A DNA stretch of 64,000 nt. It comes from Opitutales bacterium. GTDB taxonomy: Bacteria > Verrucomicrobiota > Verrucomicrobiia > Opitutales > UBA2987. Under the pieces are notes generated by a model. It had not been told where the DNA came from and ran no database searches. It was given only the letters and a program-made list of their open reading frames with translations. The stretch covers positions 96,001 to 160,000 of the forward strand of contig CBDDEL010000017.1 in the NCBI GenBank assembly GCA_965226885.1, given 5' to 3'. The stretch's first letter is position 1. The number at the start of each line of letters is the position of its first letter. The position numbers and the translations under genes are program-made. Shown piece after piece: positions 21,286 to 32,023 of this stretch.

Positions 21286-22215
21286 GTCTTATTTCTCTGT
21301 TTCGGCTGTAAAAACCATTCTCTTTGCCATTTCCATTGAGTGATCGTCTCTCAAATGCCCGTAGGTGTAGGTATTTGCAACCAACAGGCCGCCGTCTTTG
21401 TGCCCTACCCAACCGGCTATCGGTGCAAAATTAATTCCGGCTTCGATAGCATTGCTGACAAAGTAATGTCTGAAACTGTGGTGTGTGTAGTTAGGGATTC
21501 CGGCCTTTTTGCAGGCGGTGATTAATGCCTTTTTTGCACTCCTGATCGGGATTAGTAAATCATCCGCTCGAAGGGATTGCCGATCAAGAATTCTCTCAAT
21601 CAATTGTACCATGGCCGGAAACAAGGGAACTGCCCGGACTTCGTGGTTTTTTGTGCCGGTTTTCCCGCCAGTGACCAGGAAGATATTCCGTTGAAAATTT
21701 ATGTCTCCCAAGCGCAACTCAATAGCTTCCCCCAGGCGCATTCCTGAATAAGCCAGCAACTCGACTAAATCCGCCGCATGGATCGTCCGATCATCCGCCG
21801 TCCGGAGAGTGGAAACCAGCGCCCGGAATTGCTCCTGGGTCGGAATAGCGATGACTGATTTTTCCGCTTTCCTGCGTTTTATCAGTTTTACCGGGTTATC
21901 CAGCATGAGACCTTCCCGGATCGCGTATTCAAGAACCAATACAAACGTTTCCCGCTCATTGTTAAAGGTGGAGGCGGCAATCTCCCCGCTTCGCCTCAAA
22001 ACCCATTCCTGACAAGCCCTGTCGTTTATTCTGGCGACCGGGTGTAAACGCCGGGATGAAACCGGTACGGGGGTCGGGGTAAAACCGGTACGCTTGGAAT
22101 AAGGTTTAGGTTAGTAATTGCAGGTACGTCAAGGTTTAGGGTTTGGGAGTTGGTTTTGGGGATTGGCTTGGGGTCGGTGAGGAGGCCGGAGGCCGACGAG
22201 CCGGGCCCAAGGCGT

Positions 22216-22983
22216 TTATTGTTTTGTGCCACGGCGACGGCGTCGAGCATCGCGCAAGCGGTAGCTTTGCCCGTTGGCTTCGAGGATATGCACCCGATGG
22301 GTGAGTCGGTCCAGCAGAGCTCCGGTGAGCCGTTCGGAACCGAGCACTTCGATCCAGTTCTCAAAGGGCAGGTTGGTGGTGACGATGAGACTGGTGCGCT
22401 CGTAAGCGCGGCTGACCACGTCGAAGAGCAGTTCGGAACCGGTCTTGGAAAAAGGGACGTAACCGAGTTCGTCGAGGATGAGTAGGTCGAGCCTTTCGAG
22501 TTGCTTCATGAAGCGCTGCAGGTCGTGGTTGTCGCGTTGCTCGAGCATATGGGTAACCAGGGCGGTGACCCCGAAGAAACGGATCCGCCGGCCCTGGGCA
22601 CAGGCGGCAAAGCCCAGGGCGGTGGCCAGGTGCGTTTTACCGGTACCGGCGTTACCGAGGAGCAGCACGTTTTCGCGCTGGTCGACATACTCCCCGCGCA
22701 TGAGCTCTCGGATGAGCGCTTCGTTGATCGAGGGCTGCGCTTCAAAGGCGAAGCTCTCGAGGGTCTTGAGCACGGGGAAACGGGCGTTTTTGATCCGCCG
22801 CTGGGCGGCCCGCTGTTCGCGTTCAATGAGCTCCCGTTCGACCAGATGCAACAAAAAGGCGGCGTAATCGAGCCGGTCCCGGGAACAAGCCGCGGCCACC
22901 GCCGGCCATTCGCGCAGGATGGTGGGCAACTTCAGTTTCTTGAGGTGATGGTGTAACAGCAGCTGGTTTTTTTCTTCCTTCAT
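22216..22983 (-). CDS. istB: IS21 helper ATPase IstB
   Basis: Walker A 'GNAGTGKT', 'LLILDELGY', 'LLDRLTH'. Confidence 0.95.
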   Translation of the reverse strand: MKEEKNQLLLHHHLKKLKLPTILREWPAVAAACSRDRLDYAAFLLHLVERELIEREQRAAQRRIKNARFPVLKTLESFAFEAQPSINEALIRELMRGEYVDQRENVLLLGNAGTGKTHLATALGFAACAQGRRIRFFGVTALVTHMLEQRDNHDLQRFMKQLERLDLLILDELGYVPFSKTGSELLFDVVSRAYERTSLIVTTNLPFENWIEVLGSERLTGALLDRLTHRVHILEANGQSYRLRDARRRRRGTKQ

Positions 22984-24485
22984 AAAGCCCCTCCTGGAAT
23001 CTTGAGCAGTTCGCTGTAGGCACCGAGGTCAGGGGCGGCCACACGGACGTGACGCAGGTGTGGATGGCCGTCCAGCCGGAAGGTTCTGCTCCCGTAGTCT
23101 TCCTGAGGATAGAGATACTGGGCGATGGCCTCACGAGTCAGTCCCCCCTCCCGCAGGGCCGAGACGACGGCCTGCTGCAAGGCCGCCATGGGGTGTTTCT
23201 CCAACAGCCGCAGCACCCGGATATACTCCCGGGTGCCTTCGCCCCCGCATTGGCTTTCGAGCCGGCGTCTGAGGACCTGCAGGCACTGCGGCAACTGCCA
23301 GCCCGAGAGTGGGCGGGCGAAGTCCAAAGCGCCCGGTTTTTTCTCCAGCAAAGCCAGGTAGTGCACCGGCTCGAAAGAGACTTGCTCTTTATCCCAAATG
23401 CGGCGGTGCCGGGCCACCTCTTGGCCCCCACAGAAGATCACCACCTGCCGACAGGACCCTTCCACCACCACCGGATGGTGGGCGCAGCGCACCGGCACCG
23501 AATAGTCGTTGCACTCGAAGCGCACCAGCGAGAGGCTGCTGACGCAGGTCGAGCGTTTGCGGCTCGCTTCAAAGGGTATGGGCGGCAACGCCAGCATGAC
23601 GGCGCGCTCCTCGGCCAGCAGTTCCTTTTTCACCGCCCTTTTCCCGCGTAATTTACGCTCCATGTCCCGCTCACATGCCTCCAACAGCTTTGCGTTGAGT
23701 TCCTCCAGGTCCCGAACCTGCGGTACCGGTACCAGGAAGTTGGCCCGGGCATAACGCACGATCCCCTCGACCACGCCCTTCTCGTTGGGCCGGGCGGGCA
23801 GACAGAAGTGTTCCTCGAACAGGTAATGGCTCTGTAGCTGCAGAAACCCGTCGGTCAGCTTGCGTTCACGCGAACCGATAATCTTACCCACCGCCACCTT
23901 CGAGTTGTCATAGCTGATGCGCCGGGGCACCGCCCCGAAAAACTCAAAAGCTCGCAGGTGCCCCTCCCAGAAGCTCTCCGTGCACTCCCGTTCGAACACC
24001 TGCACGAAAAAGGCATCGCTGTAGGGCAGGCTCATGGCAAAAAATGGCCGCCTACGCAATTGCCCCGCCTCCTTCACCAGGGCATGACCGAAGTCCACCT
24101 GTCCCTCCCCGGGGCGGTGCTCCAGCGGCACGAACACTTCCCGCCGCCTCGCTCGCAGCTCGGCCACCACCTCCTTGACCGCCGTGTAGCCCCCTTGGTA
24201 GCCCTTCTCCCGACCCAAACGCTGGTAGATCCGTTTGGCCGTATGGCGCTGCTTCTTGGGCACGTTCCGGTCCGCTTTGAGCACCTCCTCGATCCAGCCC
24301 ACATACGGATCGATCTTGCGCTCTCGCCTCTTCTTGCGCCGGTCTCCCGGCGGCTGGGAATAGGCCAGCATCTTTCCCAGGGTCTCCCAGTGCAGTCCCT
24401 CTTCTCGCATTACAGAGCGCTTGCTCTGCTTGTCCCGCAGCACTTTGTGCCGCACTCTTGTCCATTGCTTCATATCTCGATACAC
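22980..24485 (-). CDS. istA: IS21 transposase IstA
   Basis: 'GEGQVDFG', 'YDNSK', 'EKGVVE'. Confidence 0.95.
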   Translation of the reverse strand: MYRDMKQWTRVRHKVLRDKQSKRSVMREEGLHWETLGKMLAYSQPPGDRRKKRRERKIDPYVGWIEEVLKADRNVPKKQRHTAKRIYQRLGREKGYQGGYTAVKEVVAELRARRREVFVPLEHRPGEGQVDFGHALVKEAGQLRRRPFFAMSLPYSDAFFVQVFERECTESFWEGHLRAFEFFGAVPRRISYDNSKVAVGKIIGSRERKLTDGFLQLQSHYLFEEHFCLPARPNEKGVVEGIVRYARANFLVPVPQVRDLEELNAKLLEACERDMERKLRGKRAVKKELLAEERAVMLALPPIPFEASRKRSTCVSSLSLVRFECNDYSVPVRCAHHPVVVEGSCRQVVIFCGGQEVARHRRIWDKEQVSFEPVHYLALLEKKPGALDFARPLSGWQLPQCLQVLRRRLESQCGGEGTREYIRVLRLLEKHPMAALQQAVVSALREGGLTREAIAQYLYPQEDYGSRTFRLDGHPHLRHVRVAAPDLGAYSELLKIPGGAL

Positions 24486-25004
24486 TCCTCCTTTCTAGGA
24501 TAAGCGTACCGGTTTTAAAGCGCCCTCTTTACCGTACCGGTTTTTCCCCGGCGTTTACAACCGGGAGATTCCCAAAGTAAGGCCGCAATTTGTTCAGGCT
24601 GGTTTCCCTCCGCAGAGCCGAGGATTTTTTCAGATGAGTTTTAATGCTCTCATGCCACATCGAGGCGATTTCCCAAAAAGTGATCCGGCTATTCAGTTTT
24701 CTCCGGTTCAACCGGCTCACTTTATCCCGGAATACAATCATTCGCCGCTCGGCAAGTTTCCGATCCGTCGTCTTGAGTGAACGCCGATATTGCTTGCCGC
24801 CCCGCTTTACCCAAACATAGTAATTCGACGATGATTTATGACGGTAGAGATTTTCAGCAACTTTCCGAAAAGGTTTTCCAGAGGGCTTTTTTGACGGCTC
24901 CTTATCTTTTCCCTGCATACCAAAAAAATATAGGTTGCATTATGGGGGCAAGTCAATAATTAAAATATCTAAAAATAGTTGTAAAACATTGATTATCAAC
25001 ATAA

Positions 25005-25081
25005 TCGGGAGTAGCTCAGCTGGATAGAGCATCGGTTTTCTAAACCGAGGGTCGGGGGTTCGAGCCCCTCCTCCCGTGCCA
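25005..25081 (+). tRNA. tRNA-Arg (anticodon UCU)
   Basis: D arm GCTC-AGCTGGATA-GAGC; anticodon arm TCGGT-TTTCTAA-ACCGA; T loop TTCGAGC; encoded CCA; 1:72 pair is T-T. Confidence 0.93.
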
Positions 25082-25185
25082 TTTCTGGTTTGACTTCCCG
25101 GAACTCAATCTGATGTTTGCCCATTGGTTTCTTATACCACCAATTACACGGTTGAACGCAGGTATTGAAGTAGAGTTTCCTTCAT

Positions 25186-26769
25186 TCAAACAATGAGGCA
25201 TTCCCCGGTCATTTCCGGCGGTTTTTCAAGTCCCATCAGGTGGAGGAGGGTTGGGGCTATATCGGCCAGCCTGCCGCCTTCCTTGAGGCGAAGCCCCCGG
25301 CAACCTTCCCCGGCCCCCGCCAGGACAACTTCCACCGGGTTCAATGTATGGGCGGTATGGGGAACCTCGTTTTGAGGGTCCCACATTTGGTCGGCATTTC
25401 CGTGGTCAGCGGTCACGAGGGCTGCCCCGCCTGCTTGCTCAAGGGCTTCGAGCAATTCCCCGAGGCAGGCATCGACCGTTTCACAGGCTTTGATGGCGGC
25501 CTCCAGCGAACCGGTGTGGCCGACCATGTCGGGGTTGGCGAAGTTGACCACAATCAAACCATATTTGCGGCTCAGGATGGCTTCTTTGGTGGCCTCGCAA
25601 ATTCCGCGGGCAGACATCTCGGGCTTGTGGTCGTAGGTGGGTACATCCCGGGGACTGGGAATGAGGGCGCGCTCCTCGCCCGGAAAAGGTTCTTCGCGGT
25701 AGTCGTTGAAAAAGAAGGTAACGTGGGGATATTTCTCCGTTTCGGCGCAACGAAACTGGGCAATGCCCGATTGACTGACGTATTCGCCCAGGGTGTTTTT
25801 CATTTTCGTGGGCTTGGGGAAAAGCATATTTTTACAGAGACCTTTTTCATACTCGGTCATGGTGACGAAAAACAGGTCGAGTTTTTTCTCCCGTGGAAAC
25901 TCGCTGAAGTCATCATCGATAAAGACTCGCGTAATTTCTCTGGGGCGGTCACCCCTGAAGTTGAAAAATATGACCGTATCGCCGTCACTTATGGGGCCGG
26001 AGGGTTCTCCATTTTCATCGGCAATCCAGGTGGGCGTAATAAATTCATCGCCTTTGAGGGAATCGCCAGAGGGATTGTCATAATAACGCTGCACGGCTTC
26101 CTCGGCGCTACGGGCGCACTGCCCTTCTTTGCCGACCAGACAGTTGTAGGCTTTCTCGACACGATCCCAACGCCGGTCACGATCCATCGCCCAATAACGC
26201 CCACAAACAGAAGCAATTCGGCCGATCCCGATTTCTTTGCACTTGTTCTCGATCTGATTAATGTAGCCAAGACCGCTTTGCGGCGGGGAATCGCGGCCAT
26301 CGGTCAAGGCGTGGATGCAGACATCGAGATCGGGCACCAATTTATCGCGGGCGACTTCCAGTAATTTGTAAAGATGTTCCAGGGTCGAGTGGACTCCGGC
26401 ATCCGAAACAAGTCCCATGAGGTGCAGTTTTCCACCATTGACCCGCAGGCGGGTCAGCCCGACTCCGATCACCGGCTTGAGCAACACTTCCCCGGCGGCA
26501 AAGGCTTTGTCGATACGAACGATCTCTTGCGGGGCAATCCGCCCAGCCCCAATATTCTGGTGGCCTACTTCGCTATTGCCGAAAATCCCGGCGGGCAAAC
26601 CGACATTGAGCCCGCTAGCGCAGATCTCTGTGCTGGGACAGGTTTTGGCAATGGCATCCGAAACCGGGGTTTCAGCCAGCTTAACGGCATTAAAAGCGTC
26701 GTGCGCCTGATGGGGGTTCACCCCCCAGCCATCGCGAATGATTAATACAACCGGTTTGATGTCTTTCAT
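25186..26769 (-). CDS. gpmI: 2,3-bisphosphoglycerate-independent phosphoglycerate mutase
   Basis: 'GNSEVGH', '[10 protein letters not shown]', 'NPDMVGHTG', 'TADHGN'. Confidence 0.97.
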   Translation of the reverse strand: MKDIKPVVLIIRDGWGVNPHQAHDAFNAVKLAETPVSDAIAKTCPSTEICASGLNVGLPAGIFGNSEVGHQNIGAGRIAPQEIVRIDKAFAAGEVLLKPVIGVGLTRLRVNGGKLHLMGLVSDAGVHSTLEHLYKLLEVARDKLVPDLDVCIHALTDGRDSPPQSGLGYINQIENKCKEIGIGRIASVCGRYWAMDRDRRWDRVEKAYNCLVGKEGQCARSAEEAVQRYYDNPSGDSLKGDEFITPTWIADENGEPSGPISDGDTVIFFNFRGDRPREITRVFIDDDFSEFPREKKLDLFFVTMTEYEKGLCKNMLFPKPTKMKNTLGEYVSQSGIAQFRCAETEKYPHVTFFFNDYREEPFPGEERALIPSPRDVPTYDHKPEMSARGICEATKEAILSRKYGLIVVNFANPDMVGHTGSLEAAIKACETVDACLGELLEALEQAGGAALVTADHGNADQMWDPQNEVPHTAHTLNPVEVVLAGAGEGCRGLRLKEGGRLADIAPTLLHLMGLEKPPEMTGECLIV

Positions 26770-26785
26770 TGTTAAAAAGGATGGT

Positions 26786-27826
26786 TCAGGCCGAACCGAT
26801 GGTTAAGCTGATTATGGTGACCGTGACCGAAAGATAAACAAACAAAAGGAGCAGCCCAAAAGGCCGGCCCAGGTTATCCTTGGAGAGAAAAATACCAAGC
26901 CTGAAAATTATAAGCACCGAGATCATGGCGGGAAAAAGAAAGCGGAAAAAATGAGGCGTCGCCATCAGACCATCACCGGTGACGGCGGCGGCAGCACCTG
27001 CCACAAAGAGGACATTGAGAATGTCCGCCCCGATAACATTGCCCACGGCCAGCTCTCCATGACCTTTCCTGACCGCTGTTATGGCGGTGACAAGTTCCGG
27101 CAAAGAGGTGCCGAATGCCACCAGGGTGGCCGCTATGATGCTGTTGGGGATGCTCAGCCGGTGGGCGGTCTCTTCCACTGCGGGGATGAGGACTTGAGAG
27201 GACAGCACCACAAGGGCGATGGCAAATAGCAGTTTTAATAAAACCAGATAAGCGGCGCCCTTCTCTTTTTTAGCATGAAGGATGACGGAATCATCACCGG
27301 AACCGCCGGTTTTGACCCAGCGCACGGAGAGGTAGAGATAGGCTGCCAGGAGGAATAAAAACAGCATACCCATTGCCTGGGGAAGCCGCCCGCCCCGAGT
27401 GAATACCTCCCCGAGGTTGGACCACGGCAGACAAGCAATGACGAGGAGAAACCCGGCGCCCAGCTGAATCCAGCCCTGCCGGTTGACAATGGCGCGGTTC
27501 AATGGCAAAGGCGCCATCACGGCGGCTATGCCGAGGATCAGCCCGGTGTCGCAAATAATCGAGCCCACGGCATTGCCCAGGGCGAGGCTCGGTTTGCCCG
27601 CCACGGCCGCCAGCACCGATACGGCCGCTTCCGGCAAGGTAGTTCCGAGGCTGACTATGGTGGCCCCGATGAGGACGGTGGGGATTCCCCATCGCAGGGA
27701 GAGCGCAACGGCTTCGTCCACCAGAATATCGGCCCCTTTACATAGGGTAATAATAAATGCGGCAATAATCAGAAAAAGAATGGGCAAGGATTGGCCTTGC
27801 ATAAACTGGCTGAGAATCTCTTCCAT
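26786..27826 (-). CDS. Calcium/sodium antiporter (CaCA, YrbG-like)
   Basis: Two alpha repeats 'GTTLPE' and 'GTSLPE'. Confidence 0.92.
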   Translation of the reverse strand: MEEILSQFMQGQSLPILFLIIAAFIITLCKGADILVDEAVALSLRWGIPTVLIGATIVSLGTTLPEAAVSVLAAVAGKPSLALGNAVGSIICDTGLILGIAAVMAPLPLNRAIVNRQGWIQLGAGFLLVIACLPWSNLGEVFTRGGRLPQAMGMLFLFLLAAYLYLSVRWVKTGGSGDDSVILHAKKEKGAAYLVLLKLLFAIALVVLSSQVLIPAVEETAHRLSIPNSIIAATLVAFGTSLPELVTAITAVRKGHGELAVGNVIGADILNVLFVAGAAAAVTGDGLMATPHFFRFLFPAMISVLIIFRLGIFLSKDNLGRPFGLLLLFVYLSVTVTIISLTIGSA

Positions 27827-28040
27827 GGATACTATTGAAAATTGAGCGGGATCAGTTTGAAAAATCGGACTCAGGATAATTTATAAAGAAAAAGTATAGG
27901 GCAACCCCAGCCGAATAATCTCACAATAAAAGGAAAGAAAATGCGCGAATTGTCGATAGCAGTTCTTTATTTTTCTCTTAGCTTGACTTGCCCGGAGAAC
28001 CTAGCATTGTTTCGCCGGTTACTTTGCAGGGGGCAACCCA

Positions 28041-30884
28041 ATGGGTAAAATTATGGCTTATAATTACAAAGATACCCTTAATTTACCGCAGACGGAATTT
28101 CCCATGAGGGGAAACCTGGCCAAGAGAGAACCAGCCAGGATTTCGCACTGGGAAAAGCTGCGGCTGTACGAAAGAATCCAGGAGCAAAACAGCCATGGAA
28201 AATCATTTGTCCTGCACGACGGTCCCCCTTTTACCAATGGGGACGTACACATAGGGACGGCTTTAAACAAGATCCTAAAAGACATCATTTTGCGCTACAA
28301 GGCCATGAACGGCTGGCGTACGCCTTATGTGCCGGGCTGGGACTGCCACGGTCTGCCTATTGAACACAAGGTAAGCCAGCAGTTGCAAAAGAGCGGGCAA
28401 TACCGCACCCCGGCTGAAATCCGGCAGGCCTGCGCGGAGTTTTCCAACCACTTCATCGATGTGCAGCGCGCACAGTTTAAACGGCTCGGCGTGGCGGCCG
28501 ATTGGGCGCGGGAATACAAAACCATGAACCCTGCCTACGAGGCCGAGATTCTGCGCACTTTTGCCGGTTTTCTGGATAAAGGCATGGTTTACCGCAGCAA
28601 AAAACCGGTTTACTGGTCCATTCCCTGTAAAACAGCCCTGGCAGAGGCGGAAATCGAATACAAGGACCATATAAGCCCATCCGTCTGGGTTAAATTTCAG
28701 GTAGCTGCGACCGGGAAAAATGATTTACCATTTGAGGGACCGGTTTCCGTGGTCATTTGGACGACCACACCCTGGACTCTTCCAGCCAACCTGGCCATTG
28801 CCCTGCATCCCCGGCTTCTCTACGCCGAGGTGCGTCACGAGGGCCGCAATTACCTCGTGGCCGAAGCGCTGGCCAAGCAATTTATCGAGGATTGCGACCT
28901 GCAAGGGGCCTCCTTAGGGAAAATGCATAGGGGGGAAGACCTTGAGGGGATTGAAACCAGGCATCCTTTCATCGACCGTGCAAGCCCCATCGTCCTGGCT
29001 GACTACGTCACCACGGATTCGGGAACAGGCTGCGTCCACACGGCTCCGGGACACGGGCTGGAGGATTACCTGACCGGAGTTAAATACCAACTGGAAATCT
29101 ACTGCCCCCTTGATGATGAGGGTGGATATGTCGATGATGGACGCATCCCGCCAGATTTGGTGGGAATGACCGTACTGGAGACCAAAGGGCATTGTCCGGC
29201 CAATGAAGGAGTGCTCAAAATCTTGCGGCAATGTGGCGCCCTCCTGCAGGAGAAAGAAATCGAACACCAATACCCGCATTGCTGGCGGTCGAAAACACCG
29301 GTCGTCTTTCGCGCCATGGATCAATGGTTCGTCTCTCTGGACCACAACGACATGAGGCAAAAAGCTTTGGCCGAAATTGAAAACGTCGATTGGGTGCCAA
29401 GCTGGGGCCTAAACCGCATCCGGGGAGCTGTCGAAACGCGTCCGGACTGGTGCATCAGCCGGCAGCGTTCATGGGGCGTGCCCATTCCGGCCTTTTTCGA
29501 TGAGAACGGCGAATCCTATATCGACGCTTCGGTGGTGCGCGCCCTAGCGAATAAAATCGAAAAACAAGGCACCAACTACTGGTTCGAAAATGATACCGAT
29601 GAATTGCTCTCGGGAATCGATTTGCCCGATTCCTGGAAAGGCAAGAACCTGCTGCCGGGCAAGGATACCCTGGATGTGTGGATCGATTCCGGCTCCAGCC
29701 ATCTGGCCGTGCTCAACCATAATGAAGACCTTCATTGGCCCGCCGATTTGTATCTGGAGGGCAGCGACCAGCACCGGGGCTGGTTCCAGTCCTCCCTCTG
29801 GACGAGCATGGTGGTGAAAGGCAGGGCGCCCTACAAACAAATCGTCACCCACGGTTTCATCGTCAACCAGGACGGGGCTAAAATCAGCAAAAGCGAGGAG
29901 GAGGGCAAAAAGAAATCCGGCAAAACCAAACCCAATACGTCGGATTATTTCGTCAGCCGATTCGGCGCCGATATACTGCGGTTGTGGGTCAGCTCGCAAG
30001 ATTATCGCAACGACATACCCGTTTCGGAGGAAATTTACAGCCACGTCACCCAGGCTTATCGTTCCATTCGCAATACATTGCGTTTTCAGATCTCTAATTT
30101 GTTCGATTTCCAGCCCGAGGAACACACCGTGCCCTTCGCCCAGCTGACCATGTTGGACAAATGGGCTTTGCATAAAACGGCGGAATTTCTCGCCGATGTC
30201 ACGGGGTCCTACCAAAAGCATGAATTTCAACGGGTTTACCAATCCGTTAACCGGTTCGTGGCTGTGACCCTGTCCGCCACCTACCACGATATTCTCAAAG
30301 ACCGCCTCTACACGCTGGGAACGAATTCCCATAAACGACGCTCTGCCCAGACGGCCATCCGACAGATTTTTAACATTTTGAACCGTGCCCTGGCGCCCAT
30401 CCTGGCCTTCACCACCGATGAGGTCCATGCCTTTGCCCAGTGTAATGAAGAATTTTGCGATGAATCCATCCACCAGCAACCCTGGCCCGTGGTTCCTCAA
30501 GAATGGTTTGAGAATGCGGAGGCCCGGTTGATGGAGGAATTGCTGCCAGTTCGCGTGGAGGTAAACAACCGGCTCGAAACCCTGCGCAAGGAAAAAGTCA
30601 TCGGCCAATCGCTGGAGGCGGTAGTTGTCCTGACAGGCCATGAGGAGGAAGGCCTGTTGGGCAAACTTAAGTGTTGCCAGGAAGATCTGGCGGAACTTTT
30701 TATCGTTTCGGAAGTCACCTTGAAAACCGACCCGCAATGCCCGCTGCCGCTTAAGGTTGAAGCAATGAAAAGCGAGGGAAATCGATGCCCTCGGTGCTGG
30801 CGCTGGGTTGGGGAAATTAGCGCGGAAGCGGACGAAAATACTATTTGTGAACGCTGTCAAACGGCCCTAGAGAACCTACCATAA
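28041..30884 (+). CDS. ileS: Isoleucine--tRNA ligase (type 1)
   Basis: 'LHDGPP', 'GWDCHGLP', 'DWCISRQR', 'EGSDQHRGWF', C-terminal CPRC/CERC; start may be 28053. Confidence 0.97.
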   Translation: MGKIMAYNYKDTLNLPQTEFPMRGNLAKREPARISHWEKLRLYERIQEQNSHGKSFVLHDGPPFTNGDVHIGTALNKILKDIILRYKAMNGWRTPYVPGWDCHGLPIEHKVSQQLQKSGQYRTPAEIRQACAEFSNHFIDVQRAQFKRLGVAADWAREYKTMNPAYEAEILRTFAGFLDKGMVYRSKKPVYWSIPCKTALAEAEIEYKDHISPSVWVKFQVAATGKNDLPFEGPVSVVIWTTTPWTLPANLAIALHPRLLYAEVRHEGRNYLVAEALAKQFIEDCDLQGASLGKMHRGEDLEGIETRHPFIDRASPIVLADYVTTDSGTGCVHTAPGHGLEDYLTGVKYQLEIYCPLDDEGGYVDDGRIPPDLVGMTVLETKGHCPANEGVLKILRQCGALLQEKEIEHQYPHCWRSKTPVVFRAMDQWFVSLDHNDMRQKALAEIENVDWVPSWGLNRIRGAVETRPDWCISRQRSWGVPIPAFFDENGESYIDASVVRALANKIEKQGTNYWFENDTDELLSGIDLPDSWKGKNLLPGKDTLDVWIDSGSSHLAVLNHNEDLHWPADLYLEGSDQHRGWFQSSLWTSMVVKGRAPYKQIVTHGFIVNQDGAKISKSEEEGKKKSGKTKPNTSDYFVSRFGADILRLWVSSQDYRNDIPVSEEIYSHVTQAYRSIRNTLRFQISNLFDFQPEEHTVPFAQLTMLDKWALHKTAEFLADVTGSYQKHEFQRVYQSVNRFVAVTLSATYHDILKDRLYTLGTNSHKRRSAQTAIRQIFNILNRALAPILAFTTDEVHAFAQCNEEFCDESIHQQPWPVVPQEWFENAEARLMEELLPVRVEVNNRLETLRKEKVIGQSLEAVVVLTGHEEEGLLGKLKCCQEDLAELFIVSEVTLKTDPQCPLPLKVEAMKSEGNRCPRCWRWVGEISAEADENTICERCQTALENLP

Positions 30885-30897
30885 TACGAGAATAATT

Positions 30898-31959
30898 ATG
30901 ACCGGCAGAAATAAATCCACTCAATCAACACCTCAGAAAAAATCCGCTGTTGTCAAAACTACAGGGAAAATCCAGAAGGCCAAACCTACCAAAAAAACCG
31001 CTGTGGTTAAAAAGGCAGGAAAGAAAACCCCTACAGAGCCCAAGAAAAAGGTCGTTAAACCAACGGCTACCAAAACCGTTAAACCCCAGGCCAAGTCTAA
31101 GGCGCAAGTCAAAGTTGCCAAAAAGAAATCCGCAGAAGATAAGGCAAAAGTGAAATGGTCAGAGGAAACCATAAAGATGCTCTCGCGGTCCCCAAAACAT
31201 ACGCCGGCCGTCTTCAAACTGCCGTCCAAAAAACAAACACCTATTGTTTTCTCCCTCGAGGATGTGCGCGAGGTTCTGAAAAAAAATCAGGAGGAAAAAA
31301 CCTTGGAGAAAAAATCGGTAACGACCGCCGATGTTGCGCCAGCCAAGGCAAAAAAACCTGCCCAACCACTCTCGGCCAAAAAGAAAACAGTCAAGCTGGA
31401 ACCACCAGCCGAAAAACGTCGAGTACTAGGAGCGGCTTCCGTAGCCGATATATTGGGTTTCAATCCCAAACAAAAGCAATCATCCCCTGATAACGATACC
31501 AAGAATATTCCCAAAAAACACCTCAAGTATTATCGAAAACTGGTTGATTTGCGCGAGCATGTGCTCTCCGGGCTGAATCTGCATTCCAAGGAAACCCTCA
31601 AACGATCCAGGCGGGAGGATTCCGGAAATTTATCCAATTTCAGCCAGCACATAGGAGATGCCGGAACGGAAAATATAGAGAGGGATTTCGCCCTCAATCT
31701 GCTTTCCAGCGAACAGGAAGCGCTTCATGAAATCGAGCAGGCCATTCAGCGTATTTATAAAGGCACCTACGGCGTTTGCCAAATCACCGCAAAGGCTATC
31801 AGCAAAGAACGGCTCTCGGCCGTGCCTTTCACCCGCTACTCGATTGAAGGCCAGGCGCAAAAGGAGAGTGAGCCGGGACGGAAAGCCTCGCGCGGTGGCG
31901 CTTTTATAGATTCCTCTGCGGCAGCCGCTGATTTTACTACCCAGGACGCTGAAAACTAA
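30898..31959 (+). CDS. DksA/TraR-family protein with a long Lys-rich N-terminus
   Basis: 'EIEQAIQRIYKGTYGVC...ERLSAVPF'. Confidence 0.88.
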   Translation: MTGRNKSTQSTPQKKSAVVKTTGKIQKAKPTKKTAVVKKAGKKTPTEPKKKVVKPTATKTVKPQAKSKAQVKVAKKKSAEDKAKVKWSEETIKMLSRSPKHTPAVFKLPSKKQTPIVFSLEDVREVLKKNQEEKTLEKKSVTTADVAPAKAKKPAQPLSAKKKTVKLEPPAEKRRVLGAASVADILGFNPKQKQSSPDNDTKNIPKKHLKYYRKLVDLREHVLSGLNLHSKETLKRSRREDSGNLSNFSQHIGDAGTENIERDFALNLLSSEQEALHEIEQAIQRIYKGTYGVCQITAKAISKERLSAVPFTRYSIEGQAQKESEPGRKASRGGAFIDSSAAAADFTTQDAEN

Positions 31960-32023
31960 TAAAACAGATACCGCTGGCTGGTGGCCAAAAATTGCTCGTT
32001 ATGGGCTGCTCTTTGCTTTAGTC

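Larger units (their letters stand above)
22043..24559 (-). mobile_element. IS21-family element copy 1 (2517 bp), 6-bp TSD ACCGGG
   Basis: Ends TGTAAACGCCGGG / CCCGGCGTTTACA; subterminal AAACCGGTACG repeats. Confidence 0.96.
21289..24918 (-). pseudogene. Tyrosine recombinase/integrase split by IS21
   Basis: N-part 24918..24560 ('RRSLKTTDRKLA') joins in frame with the C-part 22036..21289 ('SGMRLGE', 'HHSFRHYF', 'GHKDGG', 'YGH'); about 368 aa when restored. Confidence 0.9.

Noticed and set aside
26817..26828. GTGACC tandem (VTVT) in the antiporter as another footprint
   Set aside because: It is in frame, in a poorly constrained terminal helix, and could easily be chance. An ortholog alignment is needed.
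27830..28040. T-box leader upstream of ileS
   Set aside because: No T-box consensus (TGGNACCGCG) and no terminator seen.
29544..30860. Long antisense ORFs (for example 438 aa here, 374 aa at 25240..26364, 328 aa at 6800..7786)
   Set aside because: They are shadow frames opposite well-supported genes (ileS, gpmI, IS3 orfB) and carry no recognisable motifs.
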